A model generated the notes under the pieces. The model made no database searches and was not told the origin of the DNA. It saw only the letters and a program-made list of their open reading frames with translations. 64,000 bases of DNA from Lytechinus pictus (taxonomy: Eukaryota), in assembly GCF_037042905.1 (NCBI RefSeq), contig NC_087252.1:14136001-14200000 (forward strand), in the 5' to 3' direction. Of the stretch, positions 1 to 11,978 are shown one piece after another (position 1 is the first letter of the stretch; each line of letters opens with the position of its first letter). The translations under genes and the position numbers were made by a program.

Positions 1-332
1 TGTTGTTTGCATGTGAATGTTTTCGATACGGCCGACCCCGCCGCCGGCCAAGACGCGGGCGAGGCCCGCGGGGTACGATCGAGAGTGATGGAGTCAAGAG
101 CAGTCACGATGTGTGAATTGTCATACTTTGTAGTGAAGTGAGATCGTGTTTTGTGAGGTTTTGTGGCCAGTTAATATTCGTATTTTGGAGTAATTACTGT
201 TGCTGTTCTGTGTATTCTGAGGAAAAAATATGTTTTCCGTGATTTTCCGTTTGAAATGGCACTTTCCGTTTCAAAAGGCAATTTCCGTGAATTCCGTCCG
301 TTTTTCGCGATCGCGGAAAATCACTGTCCCTA
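1..332. mobile_element. One end of a non-autonomous DNA transposon (TAGGG-type terminus, hAT-like)
   Basis: CpG-rich segment with repeated TTTCCGT subterminal motifs ending in ...TCACTGTCCCTA; other end is outside the window. Confidence 0.4.
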
Positions 333-860
333 GATAGTATTGTGCTTGCAGTTATATACCCCTGTACATTATAGCCCATGCAGGCCTGGCCCATGATAAG
401 ATAATTACACACCACTTGAAAGAGGTTTAGAGCCAACATTCTGTCTTCCACCTGAAAATTTGCTTGCTTACTATGCTCATTCGCTGCATTATCCAATAAT
501 CACACCATGTCTTCCAACTACTGAAAAATTGCTCGGTCGCTTCACTCGCTCGCATTTGGGTATTAACTGTAGTTCAGTATATAGTTTATAACACAACAAA
601 TTCATTATTATAGCCATTGAAAAAAAATTCTTAGAGCGGCCTTTAACTGAAAGACAAAGGATTATGTACACGGTTATATACACCCTTATACATAGCCTTA
701 GGTGTGGGGGTGTCCCCTAAATTTTTAATTGTCAGGTCAATATATTGCTTTCATCCCCCCTGTGCTTGGACCAGATTTACGCCAGTGGACTAGAGTCACA
801 TACAGCAGACTGCCAAGTTTGACTCAAGTCCCATTCTATTCACAATACACACACAGTACA

Positions 861-1258
861 TTATTATTTATACAACTCCCAAGAATGTTCTGTAATCTGA
901 TTGGTCCAAATCGGATCACATGACATTCAGCAAATTGCACTATTGCATCCAAAATGCACTATCCTGCACTCTGACGTCATACCAAAAGTACTATCCTGCA
1001 CTCTGACGTCAGAGTGCAGGATAGTATGAGGTCTGGGATGATCTAGAATTATCTAGAATTTAGATCAAATAACATGGGGGAGGAGGGGGGATTGTATAAA
1101 ACAAACAATGCATGCATTCTTGTGCATAGAGGACCTAAATAATGAACTCTGTGCTCGACCTCGGTGACCTCGGTTCGGTATATCCATTGGCTCTTCTCGC
1201 ACATCATTCATTATTTGCCCCTGCATGCACGCGCTTACGTGCATTATTTGTATATTAT
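861..1258. mobile_element. Crypton-like non-autonomous element
   Basis: TTTTATAC...GTATAAAACAAA layout, CTGATTGG motif, internal palindrome (989-1026) and long imperfect terminal hairpin (~1100-1255); same architecture as 22360-22876. Confidence 0.45.
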
Positions 1259-1698
1259 TGTTCTAACACACATACATGTATACAATAGTGATGTGTGCAT
1301 CGCAGTGTATTGTGTACACACAAAGCTTTTCTTTACAATGAACCTATCAAAAGCTTTTGTGAGCTGAAGTAGCATAGTCTATGTAAAACCCCTCTTAAGG
1401 TTGCACCTCGAAATTAATGCGGCACAGCAGTGATTCTAATCGTGACGGGCAAAAAGCTAAAGGAAAACAAATCCCATTGAGTGAATAACTCTTATTGAAA
1501 ATGAAAGGAGCAATTTAAAACAAGTTTCATCAATGTCAATTATAAAATAATAGTTATGGATGTTTGAAAAAAAAATTGCATCACTTTCTATGGGGATCCT
1601 CAAATTGGCAAACACGCTTCAAAATAGTTGGTTGATTTTATATCAAAATGAAGAAGAAATCTCAATTTATGATTATATTGAAAAATATAAAAGTGAAC

Positions 1699-1930
1699 CT
1701 GGGGCCCGTAACACAAAAATGATCGTAGAACAAATTTTTACGATTGATTCCATTGACTACAATCATAAAATCGTAAAAATCAAGCGTACGATCAAACGTT
1801 ATGCTTTGTGTTACGGAGCCCTGAGTCCCGTAACACAAAGGTTAGCGATTGATCTTGCATTGTAGTCAATGGAATCAATCGGAGAAAAATGTCTTACGAT
1901 CATTGCTAACCTTTGTGCTACGGAGCCCTG
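1699..1930. mobile_element. Two tandem Harbinger-like MITEs sharing a CTG target
   Basis: TIRs CCCGTAACACAAA...TTTGTGTTACGG, each flanked by CTG; related copy at ~48281-48411. Confidence 0.65.
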
Positions 1931-2001
1931 GTTCCGATTTTTGATCGTGTGTGGGATTCACTTTGTAGATAATACTTGTTTTTACTCTTTCCTCGTGACA
2001 G

Positions 2002-2165
2002 GTTTATCAAACAGCGCCTATAGCTATTATGTAGGAGTTGACGGTCACCATTCTTCTGTTACTATCCTGGTTGGTAAACTCCTTAGTTATTACCTTGGAC
2101 TGGACAAAGAACCAATGACACAGGATGCGGCAAAGGAGAACTGTAAAGACGGTGAAAATGATCAG
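2002..2165 (+). CDS. NCSTN: Nicastrin, third-from-last coding exon (GLSNSAYSYYVGVDG...CKDGENDQ)
   Basis: Pyrimidine tract + ACAG acceptor, CAG|GTGAAT donor; YYVGV motif; joins the next exon in phase 0. Confidence 0.8.
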
Positions 2166-2930
2166 GTGAATGGACGTTACCGGCCCAGTGTTCTGGCTTG
2201 GTATTCTTGAAAACTGTCGTAAATTTTTGCCATTTCTCTCCGGGATGAGAGACCGCTGTGATTGTCACAAATCGGTTTTCTGAAAATTGGCTTTTCTCTG
2301 TCGTATCTGTCTAAGTTCCACACATCTTTTCACTGACTAATCAAGTTCCGAGTGGGACCAATGAATAGGATGGCCTGGGGACACATGCCATGAAATGTAG
2401 CCAGATATATTATATATGTAAATGGATAGAATGTTCACTAATGTACTTATGTTAATTTTTTGAAAATATTTATAATTTTCTTGGTTTTTGTCTCTCTTTA
2501 GTCTCTCTGACCTCCCTCTATTTCCCCGTCTCAAGTGTCTCATTCTGCAATACATTTCTACTTCTACCCCCCCCCCCTGGTTCCTCACTTTTCTTTCTTT
2601 CTTTCTCCATGATTATTGATGCCATTCAATCATTAAGCCAAAAATTATATTTACTTTACTTGTTATGGTTTTTTTTTGTACTTTGTATTGATATTGTAAA
2701 TTGACCCATTCAGCCCTGCTGCTGGTCAAGTGCATATACCAATAGATAAAAAAATAAAAAAAATCCTCTATAGAGTAGGTGGCATATTCGGGAGTCCAGA
2801 TTAACTCAGGCCCTCGTCTAATTCTGGTGAAATTATGGGAAGCCAAAAATGTCAGAATTTTGTTCAAACTGTTTGAACTTTATATATAGCCGCTAGGTTT
2901 AGGGTTTAGGTACCGTATCTGTATTTCAAC

Positions 2931-3309
2931 AATTTGGTGGATTCACAATATAGGGCGCCATCTATCCATTGCAGCAAACAGGTTGAAATTCGCAATAACT
3001 CGTGTGAAAAGGTCGACATCTGTTGCGCGTGGTAGTACTAAAGTGCATATGCATGCATGGCGCGACCAGATATGCTGTTAACTCAGTCCAGGAGGTGGGA
3101 GAGAAATTCGCCCACATATTTCTTAGCAAAATTTATACCATTTTTCGTGAATTCTTGCAATATGGTTTTCATTTTTGAAGCTTCACAGTCGCATTACAGT
3201 ACGCTAGCACAGTGTGCTGCCTGCGCGCGATGTCGACCCTGAAGTTTGAAATTTGGCCTGTTCGCTGCAACCTATAGATGGCGCACCATAATGTGAATCC
3301 ACCGAATTA
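2931..3309. mobile_element. MITE with long TIRs in nicastrin intron
   Basis: AATTTGGTGGATTCACAATATAGGGCGCCATCTAT ... ATAGATGGCGCACCATAATGTGAATCCACCGAATT. Confidence 0.65.
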
Positions 3310-3530
3310 GGAAGTGTAATTCCTTCTGTTTCTATTCCAAAAGTGTTTCACACAAATCAAGGAAAATTAAATTGGGGCTCAGGGTGAATTCACCTCCAAT
3401 ATGCTCAAAAGAGCCCTGAAAAATGTCCATTCACTGCAGTGTTAGAGCTTATCCATCGTTGCGGATTTAGGTAGTAGGTTTTGACAAGTATCCCCGAAGA
3501 AAAAAAAATATGTTCTTATTTCCTTGACAG

Positions 3531-3740
3531 ATATTGAATTACCACTTCGTAGCTGGTCCTGACTTCAATGGCACACATGGCTTATGTGTAAAGAGCACGC
3601 AGCAGATTGCTCCTGCTGTCTCACCCGCGTTTGATGCTGATAATCCTGACTGGAGTTCAACGATCTACTCCACGTGGACCGAGTCACAGTGGGGTTCTTA
3701 CAGGATAAGGGCTTTCCTAAAACCAAGTAGAAGTCAAGAG
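3531..3740 (+). CDS. NCSTN: Nicastrin, penultimate coding exon (ILNYHFVAG...AVSPAF...YSTWTESQW...FLKPSRSQE)
   Basis: Diagnostic nicastrin C-terminal motifs AxSPAF and YSTWTESxW; TTGACAG acceptor, GAG|GTAAGT donor, 210 nt, phase 0-0. Confidence 0.95.
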
Positions 3741-3779
3741 GTAAGTCACTAGACTATTCTTTGTCTTAGTTGCTTTGTT

Positions 3780-3842
3780 GAGTTACAGTGAGGTTCTTAC
3801 AGGATAAGGGCTTTCCTAAAACCAAGTAGAAGTCAAGAGGTA
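3780..3842 (+). repeat. Tandem duplication of the 3' ~60 nt of the nicastrin penultimate exon, including its donor
   Basis: Near-identical to 3681-3743 at a 99-nt offset; TGG has become TGA in the copy. Confidence 0.9.
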
Positions 3843-4659
3843 TAACATGTAACTAGGTTCTTCTTTTTCCGATTTGTTTTTGTTGTTGTAGTAGTATTTG
3901 CAGTGAGCAAAGCTATGAAAATGGACAAAATTCATAGTTTTATAGCCGTTTCATATACTGAAGCGTATGTCCCATAATCTGAGGTTGAATTTACTTCAGG
4001 CCATTGTCTAACTCTGTGATATATCTATGGAAAGCCACATTTGTCAAAATTTTATTTATGTTTTATGCTTTGTATATAATATACTGTGCTCTTTCTTTAT
4101 TGATTGATGATGAAGATAACTGGCATATTTATCCTTCGCAGACAGTTAAGAATTATTTAAGTGTCAATGGGCTGATTCATTTAACCTCTATGTTTAGAGA
4201 TTTATGTCACAAATGGCTATCCATAGTAGTTGAACCACAGATTTAGACTAGAATTTTTATGGATAAATCTAAATTATAAAATTTGTTGTTTTCAGGTGTT
4301 TTTCCATAGCACTATAAAACGACATAGAGAAAAACAGTTTCTCTCTGTGGTAGGATGTAAAATAAGTCTCTACTTCTAGACATTTCCCCCCCCCCTTTTT
4401 TTTTTTACAAACATAGGGGAAATTCACCCTGAAGAAAAGTTTGTTGTAAAAATAGCAGAAAAAATGATAAAAAGCATTCTTCCAGAGCCACTTGGCACAT
4501 ATTTCTTATTTATACATACAAACACTTGGGTGGTATTTATTTTTGGATTCTGTTCGAACTCATTTTGAGATCGTTACCACAACTGATATTTATCTTTAAA
4601 GACCATATACGTAAAGTAATTGTCATCTTTTCTTTTGATTTTGTACTTTCCCTTCGCAG

Positions 4660-4752
4660 ACGGTAACTTTCTCAATGGGAATGATCGTGCTTATAGTATC
4701 GTTAACCAGTGCGTATTTCCTGAACAAGCGATCTGATGATCTGTTTCCATAG
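4660..4752 (+). CDS. NCSTN: Nicastrin, last coding exon: transmembrane helix and short tail (TVTFSMGMIVLIVSLTSAYFLNKRSDDLFP*)
   Basis: Long pyrimidine tract + CGCAG acceptor; in frame; resembles the vertebrate [28 protein letters not shown] tail; TAG at 4750-4752. Confidence 0.93.
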   Translation, partial: TVTFSMGMIVLIVSLTSAYFLNKRSDDLFP

Positions 4753-4931
4753 CAACCTACTCTTCCTCACCGTAATCTCATCAGGACCAAAGTTTGTATA
4801 TTCAAGGGGGGGTTGCAAAGCTATAATTGAAATTACGCATGATCTGACAAACAACTTTGTTATGAAGTAGTTAATTTATGCTCGAAGCCTTTCTTTGGTA
4901 ATGATTCACAAAGCTGGTGGGTGTTTTATTT

Positions 4932-5323
4932 AGGGCCATTCTTGGTCACATGTGTAACTGAATATGACAAATCTCGACTTTCATTAGTTATAAATCTAAC
5001 AAAAATAGAGATTTATAACTAATTATGATGATTTTGAAAGTTTAATTTCATTTTAAACTTCACAGGAATTTGAAAATTCAATTTAACTGTCAAAATCAAG
5101 CTTCTGTGTGAAGTCACACACGTGATCCACTTCTTTTGACCTCTGACATTGAGCCTGCATATTGGAGACAGCAAAAAATATCTCCAAATGATGGCTGACT
5201 AAACATGTTAATGTTATATAACATTTGAATTACTAAATCAATAAAAATTATTTTTAGATTTGTAACTAATTAAAGTCAAGGTTTGTCATAATTTTGGTCA
5301 CACACGTGACCAAGAATGGTCCT
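4932..5323. mobile_element. MITE with ~70-bp TIRs in nicastrin 3' UTR
   Basis: AGGGCCATTCTTGGTCACATGTGT... / ...ACACGTGACCAAGAATGGTCCT. Confidence 0.7.
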
Positions 5324-5356
5324 TTAGCTGTTTGTAATGTTATGCATGACTTTACG

Positions 5357-5587
5357 CACGACTGGAACATGTTCTTAGGTGCCAAGTCAGATACATAAGG
5401 ATATATCATATAGCGCAAGATAGGGTCACCAGTCATGACTGGAACATGTTCCTAGGTGCCAAGTCAGATACATAGGGATATATCATGTGGCACAAGAAAG
5501 GGTCACCAGTCACGACTGAAACATGTTCTTAGGTGCTAAGTCAGATACATAAGGATATATCATGCAGCACAAGAAAGGGTGACCAGT
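5357..5587. repeat. 77-bp tandem repeat x3
   Basis: GACTG(G/A)AACATGTTC...GGGT(C/G)ACCAGT units starting at 5360, 5437, 5514. Confidence 0.9.
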
Positions 5588-6040
5588 GACCAGTTGGTTC
5601 CATGGCTTAGGAGTTGCATAGCTGAATGCGCAATCTCCAATCTAACTATATTTTAGAAAAAGTTTTTTTTTCCATCAGCAGTCTGAAGAGATACAGCTCT
5701 ACCTTTGCCTTATTACACAAAAGTGTTTTGTTTTATTTGCCATTCCTGTTTGATACAAATAGTTTTCTTTGAATGATAAGGTGTGTCATTCAACATGAAA
5801 CTTACATCACCTCGCACATGTGTGAGTGTATGAGAGAGAGAGAGTGTGAGAGAGAGAACAAGAGAAGAGAAAGGGAAGGAGATGATAAAAAGAAGTTCAT
5901 TGGACTTCGATCATATATTTTGCTAATGATATGCATCATGTTTGAATCTGTATTTAATGATTTGTAAATTAGCACTTACGTTACATTACCATAATCTCTA
6001 TTGAGTGCAATAACATACAAGCGTTTTGATGTACATGTAC

Positions 6041-6100
6041 AATAAATCATTGCAAATTTTCAATAGTATACATGTATGTGTTTTTTTTTTTTTTTTTTTT
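6041..6100 (+). terminator. Candidate proximal poly(A) signal of nicastrin
   Basis: AATAAA at 6041-6046 followed about 30 nt later by a GT/T-rich tract. Confidence 0.4.
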
Positions 6101-6193
6101 CAAGAACGAAAGTTAATTTGCACTAGTTAAAAAAAGAGAAGATTTTGAGAAAAATCTTTGATGAAATAGCCTTGTTCAGATGTGATACAACTG

Positions 6194-6350
6194 GGGAGTG
6201 ATCCATCAATATTCTTGTCCGACAAGTTGACAGATCTGACAACTTTCCTTGAATCCGATTGGCTGAAAGTCAATGTTACTATGGTAAATGTCGGATAAAA
6301 CAGGACTTGTCAGATAAAACTTCTGACAAATCCTTTCATGAAACGCTCCC
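6194..6350. mobile_element. CWG-flanked Harbinger-like MITE
   Basis: CTG GGGAGTG...ATGAAACGCTCCC CAG; relatives at ~49300-49820 and ~63326-63493. Confidence 0.55.
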
Positions 6351-8247
6351 CAGAACTTTGCAATGTTTTCCATAGTGATCGGATAATGGGGAGACAGTTG
6401 CAGACCATTTAGGAAATGGAGTCCTATTGACTTGCACATTATAATCTGCCGTCATGCAAGCCCTGCAGACTAGTGTGATAAAAATGCAGCCGAACTCTGG
6501 ATCGTCATGTACACGTACTTAATGTTTTTTAAATTTTCTATACTAATCAATAGCCCTGAGTTGTAGACTTTTACCAGGTCTCATGATTTTTTTCACAAAC
6601 CTAACACCCTATATCACAAATTTATGTTTAAAATAAACTTCTTGGTCCTCGGTCTCTACCGATTTCCCTGAAAGAAAGAAATTTTTTATCGTCTTGAACC
6701 ATTACAAATTTGAAATTTATGCATATTATATTACATAAAATATGGGGTAGCTGCGTGTTTAAATGATGTCACATCAAAAACTTGACATTCTAATACATTT
6801 CCTAACCTTTGATGGATTTTCCTCAAACCTTCATGATTTTTTTTCGGGTGATTTTACTACAAAATTTTCTTCAGGGTTAACCTCCCTTTTGACTATGTTG
6901 CCAAGCTTTGTAGTGTTATGTCTGAACAAGGGTATTTTATGTCTTGAATTTAAAATGTTTAATCAAGTGATGGTGTGCTTGATATGTATGCAAAGCCATT
7001 CAGATACATGAGTAATCTTTTAAACATTGGTACATCTTGGATTGTTTTGGCACCATTAAAGGGGGATTCCTTTGTAAAATTTAAGTGATTTCCTGTCTTG
7101 TTGAAAAGGTGACAATTGCACTGTTTTCTCTAAAACTTTGTCCTTAAGGTCAACAAATACTAAGTACACACAATTGTATGTGTAATATTGCTGCAAAACA
7201 AAGGTGTCACATTCTAATGATATGTTGAAAAAGAAAACATACAGTATTATGATTTCATGTATTTCAATTCAATTTATACCGAACGGTAAAGTTACAGCTC
7301 GAGTTTATTCCTCTGTATTCGATATTTTATATGTGTATGCATGTATGTTATTCTCCTTTATTTAAATGCTTACATATGGGGGAAATGAGAAGAATTGGCC
7401 AAAGTCTCGACTAACTTTTGAGTTGAATGTACCTTTATATCTCCAAATCTCAAAGTAGCCAAGTTATTTAAAGTTATGTTATAATCACACCACTGAGACA
7501 ATTTGCTTCTGACCAGCGGTGTTCAAATGGACATAGCGTAATAGCTTTCGTCGGGCTGGAATCTGTTTTAATAGTTTGACATCGGCATTACGTTTTATTG
7601 AGGTCATATTGCTGGCATGTTATGCTTTGTTTCACCATGTACATGTTGGGGGGAATGTCTGTGTAAAAGTGTTTAAAATATTACACTGTTCAATAATCAA
7701 TTAGTTTGCTAGTGCAATTGACGGATGTGCTTCTTTACCCTTTGGAGCAGGGTTGGCTATTTTCCAGGAAATTTAGGTATTTCCCACCTTGGTGCAAAAT
7801 ACAGTTAAAAACTAGTAAATGCTGGGAAGTACTAGGATGAATAGGGTGGTACAGGGAAATGCTAGAATATGCTTGAGAAAGACCTGGGCAATGCATTTAT
7901 ACATTTTTCAATTTTTATCAACCATTATTGAGACAGTATTTTCCAGTGTAAACCACTAGTATTTCCCACTCCAGCCAACGTGGGGTCGGGGACTCCAGGG
8001 TCTAACAGCATACAGTTTGTCTTTTATACATTGCAACAACTTTGAAGTAGCTTCCTCCATAGTTTAATATCACGATCAGAAATTCATCTTTGATATTTTG
8101 TGTAAAACTTATTGATTATGACGAGAGGTAATATATTAGCTTAATTTATTTATTTTAGGAGATGTAGATATTGTAACTAGAATCATAGTATAGAGCACAG
8201 AACAGTGTAAGGGCATATATCATGCTCATGAAGAACATTCCCCTTTA

Positions 8248-8486
8248 CACTGCAAAAACTCTGGTGTTGATTTAACACCAGCCCGGAATCTATATATGTC
8301 CACACCAGAGAAGTGTTAAACAACACCAGTTTCCTTTTGGTCTAACACCAGATAGGTGTTTATACAACACCAATTCGTATTAAAAAGCATCAGTTTGATT
8401 CCAAACTGGTGTTGTTTCAATACTTCTCTGGTGTGGACATATAGATTCCGGGCTGGTGTTAAATCAACACCGGAGTTTTTGCAGTG
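8248..8486. mobile_element. TA-flanked CACTG...CAGTG MITE
   Basis: ~80-bp near-perfect TIRs and TA TSD; same termini at 31433, 42875, 54780. Confidence 0.8.
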
Positions 8487-8865
8487 TAATATTGCATTAT
8501 AACAAATATTACTTGACATTATCAAAGGTTGACAAACAGAAGGTTAAGACAGTGTAGGTATTTTAGGCCATTTTGAGATTTTGAAGAGAAAAAAAAATCA
8601 GTAACAGTTTCTGAAAAGTTGTGTAAAGAACTTAATTTGTGTTTTTCATAAACCATCTGTCTGAATTGCACCCTTATTGTGACATCACTCATTTGCAAGC
8701 TTCAATTGTATTTAAAGTAAAGCAATATTTCTCTGCATGTCTATAGATTTGCTTGTTAGTAAAAACAATCATTAGATTAACATTTTTTTTCTCTCTCTGA
8801 AAACTTTTTTTTTTAAATTAAAGCCTTCTGTTTGTGAACCTTTGAATAGTCTTTGGTATTAAACT

Positions 8866-9148
8866 AATGTTGCTTTCACATCAAGGTACGGTCGCTGCGA
8901 CCGTACCCAGCGACCGATTAAATCATTAATCATGATGTAAAAGCATTTTATCATACTCAGCGACCAATGCAAGCTTGATGTGAAAGCACATCGTACTCAG
9001 CGACCGATCAAAATGCCCTATTCATCACTTGTGACATCAATGTGCATAGTGTGAAATATGCGCTGATCATGATACGCACATACTTACAGTTACCGATCGC
9101 TCGGGGCCTGACCAAATTTTGATGGTACCTTGATGTGAAAGCAGTATT
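8866..9148. mobile_element. MITE (Harbinger-like)
   Basis: TIR TGCTTTCACATCAAGGTAC / GTACCTTGATGTGAAAGCA; internal CAGCGACC repeats. Confidence 0.65.
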
Positions 9149-9308
9149 AGATATCTCAAATAGACAATGGTGTTGGAAGCATGATGTGTACTTTTGATAT
9201 GTACCGTAAGCATTGCACTGTATTTAAGCTGTAGTTCATAGGTAATATCATTTGACATTACAAGGAGAAAAAAAACAAGATTTTATAAATATTGTAAAGA
9301 CTTTCAGG

Positions 9309-9314
9309 AATAAA
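9309..9314 (+). terminator. Candidate distal poly(A) signal of nicastrin
   Basis: AATAAA ending a long U-rich, UTR-like stretch, followed by T/GT-rich sequence. Confidence 0.35.
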
Positions 9315-9813
9315 ATGTAGATTGAAAGAAAAACGATTCTGGAAGTTCTTTTCATTTCTTGACTGTCATTTTGTCTTAGTTCGGATCCTTCATTTTCTTT
9401 TTGAGAATATATATACAGAGTGATTTCAAGTCCATTGTTGGCCTTGGTGTTGGTGTTGGAATTTGGATTGATTGTCTTAGCTCCAAAACTTATTCAGAGT
9501 TTGTAAAACTGAACCAGATCACATTATTGACATCTCAACAACTAGTGAGTGACTTTTCGGGATCATCTTCATTTTATGTTTGGTGTTATACTCACCAATA
9601 GGTGAACACTGAACTTGAAATCACCCACTGTATACTCGGGAAACAGTGTCCAAGATTATTTATTGAATGATTTCCAGGTCAAAGTTCATCTCAAATTTCA
9701 TTCCCCTCATATTTTATCCGTTTTGTGTGGCAGAGATGGTCCATATAATTATGTGTGTTATAGTACTTATTGCCGTTATGAGGTTGCAAGGATGACAATG
9801 GCTATTGTGTTGT

Positions 9814-9825
9814 TGGTGGTGGTGG

Positions 9826-9856
<31 letters not shown>

Positions 9857-9896
9857 GATGATGATGATGATGATGATGAAGATGATGATGATGATG
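9814..9896. repeat. (GTG)n-(ATG)n microsatellite
   Basis: Seen directly; produces the poly-Met and poly-Ile pseudo-ORFs. Confidence 0.95.
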
Positions 9897-10355
9897 TTGG
9901 GGATGGTTCTGGGGATCAAATTAACACTTACTAGTATGGGAGAGTTAAATTTCCTTTTGTTTTGAGGGATGTGACACACAAAAAACACTATTTTGGAGAG
10001 ACTCCTCTCCCTCATCCCCCCCCCCCCCCTTGTGGAAATTTAGAAATCCAAAAATTTTCTGATTTTATTTATTTTGTTACAAAAACTTCTTACTATATAT
10101 ATATTTTTTTTTTTTTGGGGGGGTGGGTTTGAACAAGTTGAAATTCAATCATCTTTTTTGTATTGTGTTTTACTTTGTTAGTGTGTTTCTATTAGTTGGG
10201 GTCCCTTTTTGCAAAAATGATTATTCACCTGTCCGATTCCCACCCAGGGATTCCCACTTTCATTTTAGCAATAAATTGTGAAATCGAATAACGCCCTCTA
10301 CGATTATTGAAAACATTGTATTTTTTGCGATTTGATCTCCATTACGTGTGGGGGG

Positions 10356-10670
10356 CATGGGCGGAAATCCCAGGGGGGGACGTGTCCCCCCTACCCAAAA
10401 TAGTAGGGGGACACAATATCAAATGTCCCCCCTACTATTTTCGGTATTTTATGATGGAAAGAAAGAAATTGAAATAAACCATGTATTTATGACGAGATGA
10501 CCTTACTTATTGGGTGATAACTTTTTTTTTTTTTTTTTTTTACTTGTCAAATATATTTTGGTCGAAATGACCCCGTACATTTTTGGTGATAACCTTTTTT
10601 TTTTTTTTTTTTGCTCGTCAAATTTTCCAGCCCTGGTCCCCCTACCTTTGGAGACAGATTTCCGCCCTTG
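10356..10670. mobile_element. hAT-like MITE
   Basis: TIR CATGGGCGGAAATC / GATTTCCGCCCTTG; 8-bp TSD GTGGGGGG/ATGGGGGG. Confidence 0.7.
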
Positions 10671-11876
10671 ATGGGGGGGGGGTATTTTGGTGATAAATAG
10701 GCGGATCCAATGGCGAATCCCCCCCCCCCCCCGCATGGTCAGCGGTGGAAAACAACAAAAAATAAAATGGAGAAAAGAGAAAGAAAAGGAAAAATAAAAG
10801 AAAGGAGAGGTGAAAAGGAGGAAGAAGAAGAAACAGAATAATAAAAAGTGCATTAACCGAGGGGAGTGGAAATTAGAAAGAGGGCAATTCCATAAAATGT
10901 TAAACTCTTTTGTACGTCCAACCCCCAATTTTCTCAAGTCTTACTTCACTTCATAAACTGGCCAAATCATGGTCATTTGAAAACATTACAGACTGTCAAA
11001 AGAACAAGAAATCAGAGACAGAAAATTTCATAAGGGTTCCCACATGTAGGGGGTCGGACGTATAAGTAACTGCCTAAAACATCTTTTCATTCATATTATC
11101 AAATTAAAAAGGCGCTCGCTTTTTATGTTCACATTGTCCGTTCAAGGAGATGCCTAACCTTTAAACGAGGCCGCCATGGCGGCATCATTGTCAAGCCTAA
11201 TCGCTCACGATGGCGGTCTCCTCCATTCCTCTTAATTATCATTTTCTTAAACGAAAAATGCATTTTGTTGATATTCATATCAATTTCTTATCTTACGACC
11301 ACTGTATTATTCTTTTGTTATTTACTTATCACTTTTTGTATGTGATGTTGTATAATCATCTCTGATGTGAAACAGAAATAAAATCAATCGATCAAAAGTA
11401 GATGACATAAGCATGTAAAGGGCTTAAAATATCTCGTTTTACTAAATAATTTTCATAGCTGTCAATCGGTGTTCATGGTTGGGGATGGGGTGAGTGACAC
11501 AATGTTGCTCTATGTGAGTTTTTTTGGGGGGAGGGGGCGTGTCAGTGGCGTAATGAGTAAGGATAAAATAGGGGGCTAACATCTGACATGGCATACAGGG
11601 CAACATTTCTTATCAGGGGTATTCCGGCTGGCTCAAAATACTTTTATCTAGATAAATGGAGTAAAATTCCAAATTAAAATGATAAAATTCCATCATAATC
11701 TGAAAAAAAAATAGTAAGGTTATTAAATGTTTAAATTTATCGATATATTGTGAACACGCCGTCATTAGATGGGCTGATGATGTCACATTCCCACTTTCCT
11801 TTCGTTTAAATGAAATTATAATTGTTTCTTTTTTCATACAAGTGTGAATATGTCTCCTTTGTAATGAAATAAGTTG

Positions 11877-11978
11877 CATCATTATTATTATCATAATTAT
11901 CAATATTATTATTACTATTACAATTATTATCATTATTATTTTCATTGTTATCATTATTATTATTATTATCATCATCAT
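11877..11978. repeat. (ATT/ATC)n microsatellite
   Basis: Seen directly. Confidence 0.9.

Noticed and set aside
1560-2001. ORF 1560-1865 and the N-terminal part of ORF 1869-2210 as coding
   Set aside because: Built from MITE sequence; only 2002-2165 is bounded by splice sites and resembles nicastrin.
9615-10015. Poly-Met and poly-Ile ORFs (likewise 11613-12089 and 38515-38909)
   Set aside because: Trinucleotide microsatellites.
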